DNA of 64,000 nt from an uncultured delta proteobacterium (GCA_963796685.1 CAWCMR010000001.1:64001-128000); one strand, 5' to 3'; positions 1 to 10,911 are shown, counted from the stretch's first letter. Translations and numbers: made by a program. The notes: generated by a model not told the origin, from the letters alone.

Positions 1-1
1 T

Positions 2-1486
2 ATCTCCGATTTCGGGCACACCCAGGACGGCATCGTCTACTTCGTGATGGAGCTGATGGAGGGCCAGAGCCTGCGCGACCGGCTGTCGGCATCGGGGCCG
101 GTGCCCATCGACCTGGCCGTCACCTTCGCCCGCCAAGTGATAGACGCGCTCGCGGCCGCGCACCGTGTCGGCATCGTTCACCGCGACCTCAAGCCGGACA
201 ACATCTTCCTGGTGACCGATTCGCAGGTTCCGGGCGGCTTCCGCGCCAAGCTGTTCGACTTCGGCGTGGCCAAGCTGCTCGGCGACAAGCAGAGCCAGGT
301 CGGCCACAAGACCATCGACGGCGCCGTGGTGGGAACGCCTTTCTACATGTCGCCCGAGCAGGCCTTGTGTCACGACGTGGGAACCGCGGCCGATATCTAC
401 GCCATGGGCGTCGTGATGTACGAGATGGTCACGGGCGCGGTGCCCTTTCGCTCCGAGCAGCTGGTGCTCTTGCTCAATGCCATCTTGAAACAGCCCGCAC
501 CTCCGCCCAGCCGGCTCCGACCCGAGACACCGCCCTGGCTTGACCGCCTGGTGCTGCGCTGCCTGGAGAAAGATCCGGAAGCGCGGCCACGCAGCATGGA
601 AGAAATCGGCGCCGTCTTGGCCGCCGGGAGCGCCGAGAGCAAGGGCGGCGAAGTGGCCCTGGGCGCGACCATGATGGCGCCCGTGGGCCTGACCCCGCCG
701 CCCGTGGCCGTGGGGCAAGTGCCCTCGGCGCGCACGTCCGTCGCACGTCAGCCGACCGTGGCCGGGCAAGCCGCCGTCGCCAGCGGGGCCCCGCCAGGCA
801 GGGCCCCGTCCGCCAGCGCGTTGCCCAAGCAGACGCAGGTGCGAGGCGGAGCCGCCCGGCCGAGCCAGCCCATGGGGCTGGTCGCGCAGGTCCGCACCTA
901 CCTCGACACCCGGCGGGTGCAGCGGGTAGCCATTCCGCTCATCGTGATCGTGGCCGTCGGCATCGTGGCCAGCATCTTCGTGTCCGCCGCCGCCAAGCGA
1001 CCCATCACCGAGATCGCGCCCGAGGTCGCCCCGCCATCGCCCGCGCCGCCATCGCACGCCTCCATTCACATCAACTCCGAACCGCCGGGCGCGGAGGTGC
1101 TCCGGCTCAACGACAACCGCGTGCTCGGAACCACCCCCCTGGTGGACATCCGCCCGGCGGACGGGCGCCAGCTCAACTACCGCTTTCGCCTGGCCGGGCA
1201 CACCGATGTGCAGATGCAGTTGCAAGCCGCGACCCCGGGGAAATACGAGCTCACCGCGACGCTTTCGCCCGTCGAGCGCAGGTCGGATTCGGGCAATCGC
1301 GCGGCGGGCGGCTCGGGCCATCGCTCGAGCCACGCGCATGAAAAGAAGCACGAGGCACCTGCGGCCCCGGTCGCCCTGCCCGCGCCGCGCGCCGCTGCCA
1401 TCGCGCCGCCGACGCGCGACAGCTACTCGCCGACCGGGCTGCCACCGCTCGGCGACCGCAACCCGGTCAAACGCCTGGGTCATTGA
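2..1486 (+). CDS. Serine/threonine protein kinase with TM helix and C-terminal PEGA-like domain (5' partial)
   Basis: HRDLKPDN, DFG and GTPFYMSPE kinase motifs; hydrophobic helix; INSEPPGAEV...LGTTP PEGA-like motif; frame is open to the window edge. Confidence 0.93.
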   Translation: MSDFGHTQDGIVYFVMELMEGQSLRDRLSASGPVPIDLAVTFARQVIDALAAAHRVGIVHRDLKPDNIFLVTDSQVPGGFRAKLFDFGVAKLLGDKQSQVGHKTIDGAVVGTPFYMSPEQALCHDVGTAADIYAMGVVMYEMVTGAVPFRSEQLVLLLNAILKQPAPPPSRLRPETPPWLDRLVLRCLEKDPEARPRSMEEIGAVLAAGSAESKGGEVALGATMMAPVGLTPPPVAVGQVPSARTSVARQPTVAGQAAVASGAPPGRAPSASALPKQTQVRGGAARPSQPMGLVAQVRTYLDTRRVQRVAIPLIVIVAVGIVASIFVSAAAKRPITEIAPEVAPPSPAPPSHASIHINSEPPGAEVLRLNDNRVLGTTPLVDIRPADGRQLNYRFRLAGHTDVQMQLQAATPGKYELTATLSPVERRSDSGNRAAGGSGHRSSHAHEKKHEAPAAPVALPAPRAAAIAPPTRDSYSPTGLPPLGDRNPVKRLGH

Positions 1487-1685
1487 GCGCCCTTGAGTGA
1501 ACTATAATCCAGCGATGGCCGCAGAAGGTCGTGGCCGTGGTCGTGGCCGTCGCCGTGGCCGGTTGCAATTGCCCTCGGCAACGGCCATGGCCACGGTAAG
1601 CCGTCTACGCCGTCGTGGAAAACCAGGCCGTGGATGACCTGCTTGACGCTGCGCTGGTAGCGCGGTAGGAAGCCTCGCTCCGCTT

Positions 1686-1757
1686 GCCGCCCTAGCTCAG
1701 TGGTAGAGCATCGCTTTCGTAAAGCGAGGGTCCCCGGTTCAATCCCGGGGGGCGGCT
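1686..1757 (+). tRNA. tRNA-Thr (anticodon CGT), CCA not encoded
   Basis: Acceptor stem GCCGCCC/GGGCGGC, D-arm TAGCTCAGTGGTAGAGC, anticodon arm TCGCT-TTCGTAA-AGCGA, T-loop GGTTCAATCC. Confidence 0.96.
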
Positions 1758-1772
1758 CCGGGTTTGGTTCGT

Positions 1773-2072
1773 CTACGGTTGCCCTGCGACGGCCCGCGCT
1801 ACCGCCGTCGCCGAGACGCCAGCGATACGGAGGGTCTTCTTGCGTCCGGTCTGGCCGCGCACGATGGTCACCGCGGAGCGCGCGACCCCGAAGGTTTCAG
1901 CGAGAACGCGCACCACTGCCTCGTTGGCCTTGCCGTCGACCGGTGGCGCGTTCACCGCCACACACAACCGGTCACCCTGAATCGGCCCGACGCCTTCGCG
2001 CGACGAGCGCGGCTTCACGGCGATGTCGACGGTAACCGCCCCGTCCTTTTCGGACATGCGCAGCGTGGACAT
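1773..2072 (-). CDS. DUF167 (YggU-like) family protein
   Basis: VKPRSSR...VNAPPVDGKANEAV...IVRGQTGRKK signature. Confidence 0.9.
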   Translation of the reverse strand: MSTLRMSEKDGAVTVDIAVKPRSSREGVGPIQGDRLCVAVNAPPVDGKANEAVVRVLAETFGVARSAVTIVRGQTGRKKTLRIAGVSATAVARAVAGQP

Positions 2073-2078
2073 GGCCGA

Positions 2079-4598
2079 TCAGCCGACGACGATGTTCACG
2101 ATTCTGCCGGGCACGACGATCACCTTGCGCACGGTCTTGCCTTCGAGGTGCTTGGCGACGTTCGGCACGGCGAGCGCCTGCTTGCGAATCTCGTCCTCGG
2201 CCGCGCCGCGCGCGACCTCGAGATTGCCGCGCATCTTGCCGTTGACCTGGATCGCCAGCGTGACCACCGCGTCGATGGTCAGGGCGGGATCGAAGGCAGG
2301 CCAAGGCGCGTCGATCAGGAACCCCTTCTCGCCCAGCTTGTCCCACGCCTCGTCGCCCAGGTGGGGCGCGAAGGGGCCGACCAGCTTGACCAGCGCGAGC
2401 AGGTCTTCGCGGCTCGCGCCCTTGGCGGTCAACTCGTTGACGAATTCCATCATGGCGGCGATGGCGGTATTGAAGGCCATGCGCTCCAAATCGCCGGTGA
2501 CCTTCTTGATGGTCTTGTGGCGCAGGCGCAGGTGTTGGTCGTCGGCGGGCGCCTTGTCGGCCGTCCATTCTTCCACCAGCCTCCACACGCGCCTGAGGAA
2601 ACGCGCGCTGCCCTCGATGGCGCGCGGATCCCAGGGCTTGGGCAGCTCGAACTCGCCCATGAACATCTCGTACAGGCGCAAGACGTCCGCGCCGTACTGA
2701 GCGACCACGTCGTCGGGATTGATGCCGTTGAGCATGGATTTCGCCATCTTCTCGACGGAGACCTTCAGCTTTTCGCCGGTGGCCTTCACGAATGCCTCGT
2801 CGCCGCGCAGCTCGACGGTCGCGGGCTCGTGGTAGCGGCCCAGGCCGTCCTGGTACGAGAACGCGAGCACCGTGCCCTGGTGGCGCAGCTTCTTGAATGG
2901 CTCGGGCGTGGACACAAGGCCCAGATCGAAGAGCACCTTGTGCCAGAAACGCGCGTAGAGCAGGTGCAAGACCGCGTGCTCGGCCCCGCCGACATAGAGA
3001 TCGACGGGCTGCCATTGCTTTTCGACCTCGGGCGACCACGCGGCCTGGTCGTTGTGCGCGTCGAGGTAGCGCAGGTAGTACCAGCACGAGCCGGCCCACT
3101 GGGGCATGGTGTTGGTCTCGCGCTTGGCCGGGGCGCCGCAGGTCGGACAGGTGGTGTTGACCCAGGATTCGATCCCGGCCAGCGGCGATTCGCCCGTGCC
3201 TGTCGGCTCGTAGCGCTCGACCTCGGGCAACTTCACCGGCAGCTCGGACTCGAGCACCGGAACCACGCCGTGGGTCTGGCAGTGCACGACGGGAATCGGC
3301 TCGCCCCAGTAGCGCTGGCGCGAAAACACCCAGTCGCGCAGGCGGTAGCTGACCGTGGCGCGGCCGAGGCTCTTGGCTTCGAGGTAGGCGCAGATCTTCT
3401 TCTTCGCCTCCACGGTCGTGAGGCCGTCGAGCATTCCGGAATCGACGTTGATGCCCTCGTCGCAGAAAGCCTTGCCGGTCTCGGGCGTGCTGCCGTCAGA
3501 TGGCCGCACCACCTGTTTGATGGGCAGACCGAACTTGGTCGCGAACTCGTAGTCGCGTTGGTCGTGCGCGGGCACGGCCATGATGGCGCCGGTGCCGTAG
3601 GTCGCGAGCACGTAGTCCGCGATCCAAATGGGCGTGCGTTCTCCGTTCACGGGATTGAGCGCAAAGGCGCCGGTAAACGCGCCCGTCTTGTCCTTGCCGA
3701 GGTCGGTGCGCTCGAGATCGCTCTTCTTGCGCGCGCTGTCTTGGTAGGCACGCACCACCTCACGCTGCTCGGCCGTGGTGATGCGTTCCACCAGCGGGTG
3801 CTCGGGCGAAAGCACGACGTAGGTCGCGCCGAACAGGGTGTCGGGGCGCGTGGTGAAGACCTTGATCTCCTCGCCGGCCCAACCGTCCTTGCCGCTGACG
3901 CGGAAGACGGCCTCGGCGCCCTCGGAGCGTCCGATCCAGTTGCGCTGCATGGCCAGCGTCGACTCCGGCCAATCGACCAGCGCCAAGTCCTCGAGCAGCC
4001 GGTCCGCGTAGCGCGTGATGCGCAGGAGCCACTGGCGCATGTCCTTGCGCTCGACGCCGTGACCGCAACGTTCGCAGCGCCCCTGCGTGACTTCTTCGTT
4101 GGCAAGTCCGGTCTTGCACGACGGGCACCAGTTGATGGGGATGGTGCCCTCGTAGGCCAACCCTCGCTTGTAGAGCTGCAGAAAGATCCACTGCGTCCAC
4201 TTCACGTAGCCCGCATCGGTGGTGTTGACCTCGCGCTCCCAGTCGTAGGCGAAGCCCACCGAATCGATCTGGCGGCGGAAATTGGCGATGGCCTTTTCCG
4301 TGGTCGCGCGCGGATGGATGCCGGTCTTGATGGCGTAGTTTTCCGCCGGCAGACCGAAGGCGTCCCAGCCCATGGGGTGCAAGACATTGAACCCCTGCAT
4401 GCGCTTCCAGCGCGTGATGATGTCGGTCGCGGTGTAGCCCTCGCAGTGCCCGACGTGCAGGCCCGAGCCCGACGGATAGGGGAACATGTCGAGGGCGTAG
4501 AACTTCGGCCGCTTCGGATCGAACGTCGTGCGATGCAGCTTGGACTCGCGCCAACGCGCCTGCCACTTGGGTTCTGTGATGCGGTGTTCGTAAGGCAT
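2079..4598 (-). CDS. leuS: Leucine--tRNA ligase
   Basis: LDMFPYPSGSGLHVGH (HIGH), FTTRPDTLFG and YGTGAIMAVPAHDQRD editing domain, KMAKS (KMSKS), C-terminal IQVNGK; start placed at MPYEHR. Confidence 0.98.
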   Translation of the reverse strand: MPYEHRITEPKWQARWRESKLHRTTFDPKRPKFYALDMFPYPSGSGLHVGHCEGYTATDIITRWKRMQGFNVLHPMGWDAFGLPAENYAIKTGIHPRATTEKAIANFRRQIDSVGFAYDWEREVNTTDAGYVKWTQWIFLQLYKRGLAYEGTIPINWCPSCKTGLANEEVTQGRCERCGHGVERKDMRQWLLRITRYADRLLEDLALVDWPESTLAMQRNWIGRSEGAEAVFRVSGKDGWAGEEIKVFTTRPDTLFGATYVVLSPEHPLVERITTAEQREVVRAYQDSARKKSDLERTDLGKDKTGAFTGAFALNPVNGERTPIWIADYVLATYGTGAIMAVPAHDQRDYEFATKFGLPIKQVVRPSDGSTPETGKAFCDEGINVDSGMLDGLTTVEAKKKICAYLEAKSLGRATVSYRLRDWVFSRQRYWGEPIPVVHCQTHGVVPVLESELPVKLPEVERYEPTGTGESPLAGIESWVNTTCPTCGAPAKRETNTMPQWAGSCWYYLRYLDAHNDQAAWSPEVEKQWQPVDLYVGGAEHAVLHLLYARFWHKVLFDLGLVSTPEPFKKLRHQGTVLAFSYQDGLGRYHEPATVELRGDEAFVKATGEKLKVSVEKMAKSMLNGINPDDVVAQYGADVLRLYEMFMGEFELPKPWDPRAIEGSARFLRRVWRLVEEWTADKAPADDQHLRLRHKTIKKVTGDLERMAFNTAIAAMMEFVNELTAKGASREDLLALVKLVGPFAPHLGDEAWDKLGEKGFLIDAPWPAFDPALTIDAVVTLAIQVNGKMRGNLEVARGAAEDEIRKQALAVPNVAKHLEGKTVRKVIVVPGRIVNIVVG

Positions 4599-4670
4599 GA
4601 AGCCGCGGGAGTTTACAACACTCCGTAGCGGATCGAAGGCGCATTTGGGTGCCATCGAGTTGCCCGCGGC

Positions 4671-4725
4671 CCCCTCACCCGCCTCGCTGCGCTCGGCGAC
4701 CTCTCCCCGCTGCGCGGGGCGAGGT
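4671..4725. repeat. REP-like intergenic palindromic element
   Basis: CCCCTCACCC...CCTCTCCCCGC-TGC-GCGGGGCGAGG nested hairpins between two genes; resembles the widespread CCCTCACCC...CCTCTCCC repeat type. Confidence 0.6.
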
Positions 4726-4728
4726 GGT

Positions 4729-6963
4729 CTACGGGCCGCTGCTCTCGTCCTCGCTATCCCCGTAGTCTACCCCCGGCTTGGGCACGAAGGTCTCGATGGG
4801 GTGCTTGAGCTTGCCCATGATGCGACCTTCGGTGACCAGCACGGGAACGGGCTGCTTGAGCTCGTAGTAGTAGCCGCGGGTATCGAGCAGGTACTCGTAC
4901 TCTTTGTCCTCGTAGGTGAAGCGCTTGCGCAGGTTGAGCGGCAGGTTGCCCACGCGTTCGAACGGTCGCCGGCGCAGGATGAAGTCGAACAGGCGCACGG
5001 CGCGGCTGTTCACCAGACGGTGGCAGCCGTGGGAAAAGCGCCGCGCGATGGAGGTGTAGTCGTCCGAGCCGTGGGTGCGGATCTGGTTGTCGAAGAGCTT
5101 GCCGCCCGACTTGCGGTGATGAATCGCCAGCACCAGGCCGTAGGCCGACTGGAAGCCGGGGCCCATCACGTCGGTGTTCACGACCGTCACCGGGCCCACG
5201 TCGCGATCCAGCGTCTTGCGCGTGAGCAGCTCCTTGGCCGGCGTGCTGTCGGGCGGTATCCACACCGGGCTGGCCACGATCTCTGGCCAGATGCGTGGCC
5301 CCACGTCCGAGTTCTTGTACTTGTAGTACACCTTGCCGTTCGGGTGGGTTTCGCTGCGCCACGAGCCGATGGTCGTGCGCCAGCGCACGAGCGGAATCTT
5401 CTGGCTCTGCCAGTCGACGAACAAGGTCAGGGTGGGGAAATTCACGCGCGGCTGCGCGATGGGCTTGCCGTCTTCGTCGAAGGGAAAATCGTACCAGACG
5501 TCGCCGCGGTCGATCTCGACGGACAATTCCATGTGCGGACCGTAGTAGGGCGGCAAGGGCGCCGGACGATACGCCACGTGCAAGGTCGCCAGTCCTTCGC
5601 GCCCCACCCGGTGCAAAAAGGCGGCGACGTCGTCGGGCGTGCGAATCTTCAACTCGGTCATCAGCGCCTCGGCATCGTCGCCGACCAGGTTCGGTACCGG
5701 CTGCTCCTTCCCGGCAGCGTCCTTGTAGACCGCGGGCGTTCTGCCCCCGGCGGCCGAGCCGTCCTCGACGATGCCTGCCGCGTCCGCGATGCGCTCCATC
5801 AGGATGCGGCGGAAGGTCTCGAGGTGCAGGTCCATCGGTGGCTGCTGCAGCGCCGCCAGGGTTTCGCCGCCGAGAAAACCCCAGCCGAAGATGTCGTTCT
5901 TGCGCTCCCAAGCCGCCAGGGCCTGATTGGTCGCCAGATCGAAGAGACCGTGCACGTACTTGGTTCTGGGGCTGAGCAAGCCCTCGCAGATGAGGCGAGC
6001 CTGCACGGCGCGCACGGCCCGCAAGCGCGCCTGGCCCCGCCGGTAACGCTCGATGCGCGCGGCCTGTCTGCGGTCCTCGTGGGCGATGCGCGCCAGCAGG
6101 GCATCGCGCTCGTCGTCCGCATGCGATCTGTCGCCTTTGGGCGCCATCTGCACCTTGCCGGTGGTCGCATCCGCCGCCGACTTGTCGCCATCCAGGATCT
6201 TTTCCACCCACGCAGCGTCGGAGAGCGCCTCGCCGTATTCGCGCTTGGACTGCTCGCGGCTCTGGTAGGTCACCAGGCCGGCGAAGGTCGCAAGCCCGGG
6301 CAAGTCCACCTGATCGTAGCAGCGCTTGCCCCGATCTTCCTCGAAGCGCGCCAGCAGCACCGACAGCGTCGGCGGGATTCCATACGCTTCGAGATAATTG
6401 CGATCGCGCTGCACCCGCACCGCGCGCTTGGCCTCGGCGATGGCGCGCTTGCCCTCGCTGCTCTCGGCAGCGCCCTGCTCGAGGGGAATGCCCGCCGCGG
6501 ACAGCGCCGCGAGCGCACCCTGCGGGGTTTCCATCAGCAGCTCCTCCGGGCTCCTGCGGTCGTTGGCCAAGGCGATGAAGGTACGACGGTAGCTGTTCGG
6601 TTTGGCGGGACGTCCCGGCCCATCGGATTCGCTGAAGATGAAGGGCGCCCATTCATCCGAGAGATCCACGTCGAGCAGGCCCTGCGCGCGCGCCTCGGCC
6701 ATGGGCCCGCGGCGAACGCCGGCAGCGCCGAGCACGTAGGTTTCGCCCGCAGCCAGCGGACCGTGCGCATCCCAGGGCTCGACCGGCGCTGCGGCTTCAA
6801 CGGCAGGTACACGCGCGGCATCGAGGCGGCCAGCCTGATCCGCGGCAGGAGCCGACACCGGCTTGTGCTCGCACGCCACGGCCAGCGTCGCAAGCAAGGC
6901 GACGATGGGTACGAGGGTCGAGTTGCGGTCTCGGATGATGTAGCCTCTAGCCGATTCGAACAT
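4729..6963 (-). CDS. L,D-transpeptidase (YkuD-like) family lipoprotein
   Basis: C-terminal THGS...FSHGCHRL catalytic motif; lipobox-like LAVAC; start uncertain. Confidence 0.8.
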   Translation of the reverse strand: MFESARGYIIRDRNSTLVPIVALLATLAVACEHKPVSAPAADQAGRLDAARVPAVEAAAPVEPWDAHGPLAAGETYVLGAAGVRRGPMAEARAQGLLDVDLSDEWAPFIFSESDGPGRPAKPNSYRRTFIALANDRRSPEELLMETPQGALAALSAAGIPLEQGAAESSEGKRAIAEAKRAVRVQRDRNYLEAYGIPPTLSVLLARFEEDRGKRCYDQVDLPGLATFAGLVTYQSREQSKREYGEALSDAAWVEKILDGDKSAADATTGKVQMAPKGDRSHADDERDALLARIAHEDRRQAARIERYRRGQARLRAVRAVQARLICEGLLSPRTKYVHGLFDLATNQALAAWERKNDIFGWGFLGGETLAALQQPPMDLHLETFRRILMERIADAAGIVEDGSAAGGRTPAVYKDAAGKEQPVPNLVGDDAEALMTELKIRTPDDVAAFLHRVGREGLATLHVAYRPAPLPPYYGPHMELSVEIDRGDVWYDFPFDEDGKPIAQPRVNFPTLTLFVDWQSQKIPLVRWRTTIGSWRSETHPNGKVYYKYKNSDVGPRIWPEIVASPVWIPPDSTPAKELLTRKTLDRDVGPVTVVNTDVMGPGFQSAYGLVLAIHHRKSGGKLFDNQIRTHGSDDYTSIARRFSHGCHRLVNSRAVRLFDFILRRRPFERVGNLPLNLRKRFTYEDKEYEYLLDTRGYYYELKQPVPVLVTEGRIMGKLKHPIETFVPKPGVDYGDSEDESSGP

Positions 6964-6988
6964 CCAAGGCAAGGGAGCGCGACCAAAC

Positions 6989-7369
6989 ATGCCATCCATC
7001 GCCATCCTCGGCGCGTCGAACGACCGGGAAAAATTCGGCAACCGCGCCGTGCGCGCGTATGTCACGCAGGGCTGGACCGTGTACCCGGTCAACCCCAAGG
7101 AAGCCCAGATCGAAGGGCTGCCCTGCTACCGCGGCGTCGCCGAGCTTCCCGGGCCCGTCGACCGCGCCTCGCTTTACGTGCCGCCCGCCGTCGGTATCCA
7201 GCTGCTCGACGCCATCCGCGCCCGCGGCGCCAAGGAGCTTTGGGTCAACCCCGGCTCGGGCAGCCCCGAGCTGCTGGCCCGCGCCGAAGAGCTCGGCCTC
7301 ACCGCCGTCGAGGCCTGCAGCATCATCGCCGCCAGCGAGGATCCCGAGTCGTGCGCCGTCGAACCGTGA
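6989..7369 (+). CDS. CoA-binding protein (YccU-like)
   Basis: IAILGASNDREKFGN...VYPVNP...IEGLPCY...LWVNPG pattern. Confidence 0.9.
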   Translation: MPSIAILGASNDREKFGNRAVRAYVTQGWTVYPVNPKEAQIEGLPCYRGVAELPGPVDRASLYVPPAVGIQLLDAIRARGAKELWVNPGSGSPELLARAEELGLTAVEACSIIAASEDPESCAVEP

Positions 7370-7479
7370 GAACGGCCACTTCGGGGCGAATCCCCCGGCA
7401 CGCAGCAACTGGTTGACACCCGCTGCCCATGCGGGTAGATCGTTGCGGCTCGAAACGTTGACCATCTACGTTTCGGCAT

Positions 7480-7553
<74 letters not shown>

Positions 7554-7558
7554 CAACG

Positions 7559-7586
7559 CCCCTTGGGAGAAATCCCAAGGGGTTTT
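7559..7586 (+). terminator. Rho-independent terminator after tRNA-Asp
   Basis: Perfect 10-bp stem CCCCTTGGGA/TCCCAAGGGG, GAAA loop, followed by TTTT. Confidence 0.85.
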
Positions 7587-7757
7587 GCTTATTGGGGGCA
7601 TGCTCTGACTCTCACCGTCACGAACTGTCACAGCAACTCTCACAGTTCGCCCGTCCTGTGCCGAAAGTGGATCTGATGAAATCGTCGTGATATCGAGCGG
7701 TTCTCCTCGGTCCGCCCCAGCTCAAGATCGGTGAGGACCAGGGGTTTTGGTACCCTG

Positions 7758-8087
7758 ATGGCCACGAGAAAGACTTCCCTGAACTTGCCGTTGCCGCTCC
7801 AGTTTCTAGCGGCGTGGCTCGCGGTGTGGCTCGGCCGGGTTCTCCAAGAGCAAGTCGACTATCTAAAGGCTGAGAATCTGCTCCTACGAGTAAAGCTCGG
7901 CACGAAGCGGTTGAGTCTTACCGACGCGGAGCACTGTCGGCTGGCGATGCTGCGAAGACAGGGGCGGCCGAAGACCGCGGCTGACATCGCGGCCCTCATC
8001 GTCAGGATGGCGAGCGAGAACAGCTGGGGCTACACACGCATCAAGGGCGCGCTCAAAAACCTGGGCCACAAGGTCACAAGTTGGTAA
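7758..8087 (+). mobile_element. Integrase-core (rve-type DDE) transposase remnant, N-terminal part, internally deleted
   Basis: QEQVDYLKAEN...LTDAE..RLA followed by GRP...LIVRMASENSWGYTRIKGALKNLG; catalytic core absent. Confidence 0.8.
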
Positions 8088-8165
8088 CCATCGCTCGCAG
8101 GAAAGCCTGCAAGACACACCGCAAAGATTCCGGTTTTCTCTGGCGAACGCGTGCCCGGCTCCGGC

Positions 8166-10404
8166 TCAGGAGGAAGACGGTGCTGACTCTGGTGGCTCCA
8201 ACGGCGCCCACTCGCGAAGTCTCGCCTGCCAATAGCCAAAGGGTATGCCGCTGCCAAGGTAATCCGGAATCGACTTTAGCTTCGCGGCCGCTCGGACCCA
8301 AACCGGCCCTGTGTCGAGCACGAAAGTCTCGGTCAGTGCGGACAAATACTCATACCCGAGAGCGACCACACGTGCGCGTAGCTCGTCGAGCACGATGGCC
8401 TGGATCTCCGTTTGATTCTTGACCGCAGGTACGATGGCCATGGCCTGCAGATAGAACGTGTTGCCTTCTCCGTGGTGCGGATCCGAGTGCACGCCTGCCT
8501 CATCGTAATTCTCGAGCGGACTCCCCAGCGCATAGGCAATGATGCGGCCCGAGACCGAGTCGCGCAAAGCGACCCCTATCCCTCGCGCCGCGGTCATCGA
8601 GATCTCGAGAGCGCTCGCCGGATATTGCAGCAAGGGCCTTCGGCCCGAGCGCAAAGTCTCTTCGGGGTACTGTGCGATGGTGCCGTACCTAGCGATCTCT
8701 ACCGCCATGATTTGTTCAAGCAGGGGCTCGAACGCCGCTGCATTCAAGTCGACAACTTGGACTCCGGCACGCGGGACGTCGAGCGCCCCCACGCGGAGTC
8801 GGCCCATTAGGAGGCCCCGCCTGGGCATGTCCGGAGCGGACATCGTCGATGGCACTCTTTAACAGGCTCACTGCTTCTTCCAGGGCCCTCGGGTGCATGT
8901 CGAATCGGGGATAGAATCGCAGGGTACGTTCCCCAGCAGGCAATAGAATGAGCCCTCGCCGGAAGGAACGGTCCCGAAGGGCATCGCGCAAGTCGGGGCG
9001 CGCGACGTCGAAGGCGAGCATGCAACCCGCTCCACGGATGTGATGGATGAGGTCACGGTACTCGAGCTCCAACGCTTTGAGCTGGGAGCGCGCGAGAGCC
9101 CCGGTGCGACGAACCTGTTCGAGGTCTACCTTCTCAAGCGTGGTCAAGAGGCGGATCATGCCGACCGAATCGCCCTCCCACGTGGTGTTGAACTTCTTTT
9201 CTTCTTGGAAGAACGCCGCGAGCTCTTCGCTTACGAAAAGGATCCCGTTCTGCGCCTTCTTCGCCCACATGACAGCGTCCGGAGGCAGCGGGAGGTCGAA
9301 GGCTTGGTGCGCCCAAAACGAGCCCGTTAGCCCGCCCCCGGTCTGCACTTCGTCGAACATGAGCGGAACGCCGTACAGAGCAGTAAGCAAGCGAAGCCGT
9401 CGAAAGAATTCTGGACGAGCGATTCGGACGCCGCCTTCACCCTGGATGGGTTCCACCAGCACGGCCGCCGCCCGAAGCGCCCTGCTCAGGATTTCCTTGG
9501 GAATCGCCGCGCGAGCGCCATCGAGTCGATGCAATAGTTCGTCGTTAGGCGCCCGCAAGAGCAGTTCGATGAGCTCCATGTCATGTTTGAATCCATCCTT
9601 GCTCCGAAGCTCCGTCGCTCTTCGCCCGGTGAGCAGCTCCCAAACCCGACGCAGGCTACGTTCCTCTCGACGGCTCGTATCCTGGGGAGAATCCGGATCT
9701 TCGAAGGGGAATGGGACATGGGGCCAGTCGAAGGTGGGGAATCCGGCACGTGCCTTCTTTCGTTGCGTGACCGCCAGACATCCCAGCGTACGCCCGTGGA
9801 ACGCGCCGTCGAACGAGATCACGAACAGGGCGGATGTGGATACGTCGGTCATGCGTACGCGATGGAGCAGGACGGCCTTCATGCCATTTTCGACTGTCTC
9901 CGCGCCCGTGTTGACCACGAAATGGCGAGGTGTTCCGGACGGCGCAATGGCATCGAGCCGGCTCTTCAAGCGAAGCGACAGGGCGGTCTGATACTCGCAA
10001 TGAGCATAGCGAGAAACGAGGTTCGCCGGTGACGAGAGTACGGCAGCCACCATGTCAGGATCGTTTTCGCCGAACGGTTGGGTCGCGATCTGGGCGCCCA
10101 AGTCCAAAAATCGGTAACGCGCGCCGGAAGCATCGGAGTCGACGGTGGCGAGGTAGGGACCCACGCTTTCCGATGCGTCGAAGGCCACAGGAAGCGAAAA
10201 GAACAGGCCGCGAGAGGCAGCCTCCAAGGCTCGGTGCGAGGCCGGCAGGAACGCCGCTACGACCTCGTCCAAGGGACGAGCGTGATCGAGCCACGCATCT
10301 GGCACATGAACACGGAACTCGCCTGCCCGATACTGGGCGTCGAGCTCTCGGACCCGTTGCACGAACGCCGCAACCGCTTGCACCGGAGCTTCGAGATCGA
10401 TCAT
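8166..10404 (-). pseudogene. Class III PLP aminotransferase (lysine epsilon-aminotransferase-like) with C-terminal GNAT-like domain, frameshifted near 8800
   Basis: FDGAFHGRTLG, EPIQGEGG, FDEVQTG, WAKKAQ, NTTWEG motifs; protein-like sequence continues in overlapping ORF 8166..8855. Confidence 0.75.
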
Positions 10405-10845
10405 GGCAAATCCAGCATACCCTGCCGGTGTCGGTCGCGCCGTCGACACGCGCTGGGCGAACAGACCTGCAATTCGATGGAGGCTATTTCTTCGCGGGCT
10501 ATTTCTTCGCGCTCGAGCCAGGCGCGGACGATCCTTGGTGCCGCACCGGCTGCACCGGTGCCCCGTCTTCCGGGGTCTCGCCAATGTTGAGTGCCACGGT
10601 CTCGCCGGCGTGAACGCCTTCCAGCACGGAGGTCAACGAGGATGGCGAACATCGCGTCGATCATGCGGGGACCACCAAGGTCAGGCAATGCCGCCTTCGT
10701 CCATCCATTTGCGGTCGTCACCGACGGCAAATCCGCTCCTCGGATGGCAACCTGGCGAAGGACAACCACGATCCCGCTAGCTGGTCCAGGGCCACCGAGC
10801 CCGTCTATCCTCGCGGAATACCTCGGGATGCGGAAGGCAGCCAGC

Positions 10846-10911
10846 ACGGTGGTCGCCTGTCGCGAGCGGCTCGGCGGATTACTCAAGTTCTACCATCGGG
10901 AAGCCGCCTGA
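10846..10911 (+). mobile_element. Integrase-core transposase remnant, extreme C-terminus
   Basis: VVACRERLGGLLKFYHREAA* is the typical C-terminus of the family seen at 7758. Confidence 0.75.

Noticed and set aside
1528-1600. GTGGCC-type short repeats with an inverted GGCCAC arm
   Set aside because: Low-complexity hairpin with no unique spacers; not CRISPR; at most a terminator-like structure
1764-7416. Very long + strand ORFs (954 and 939 aa), and similar ones such as 28110..30815
   Set aside because: Antisense shadows of genuine genes in high-GC DNA; no recognisable motifs
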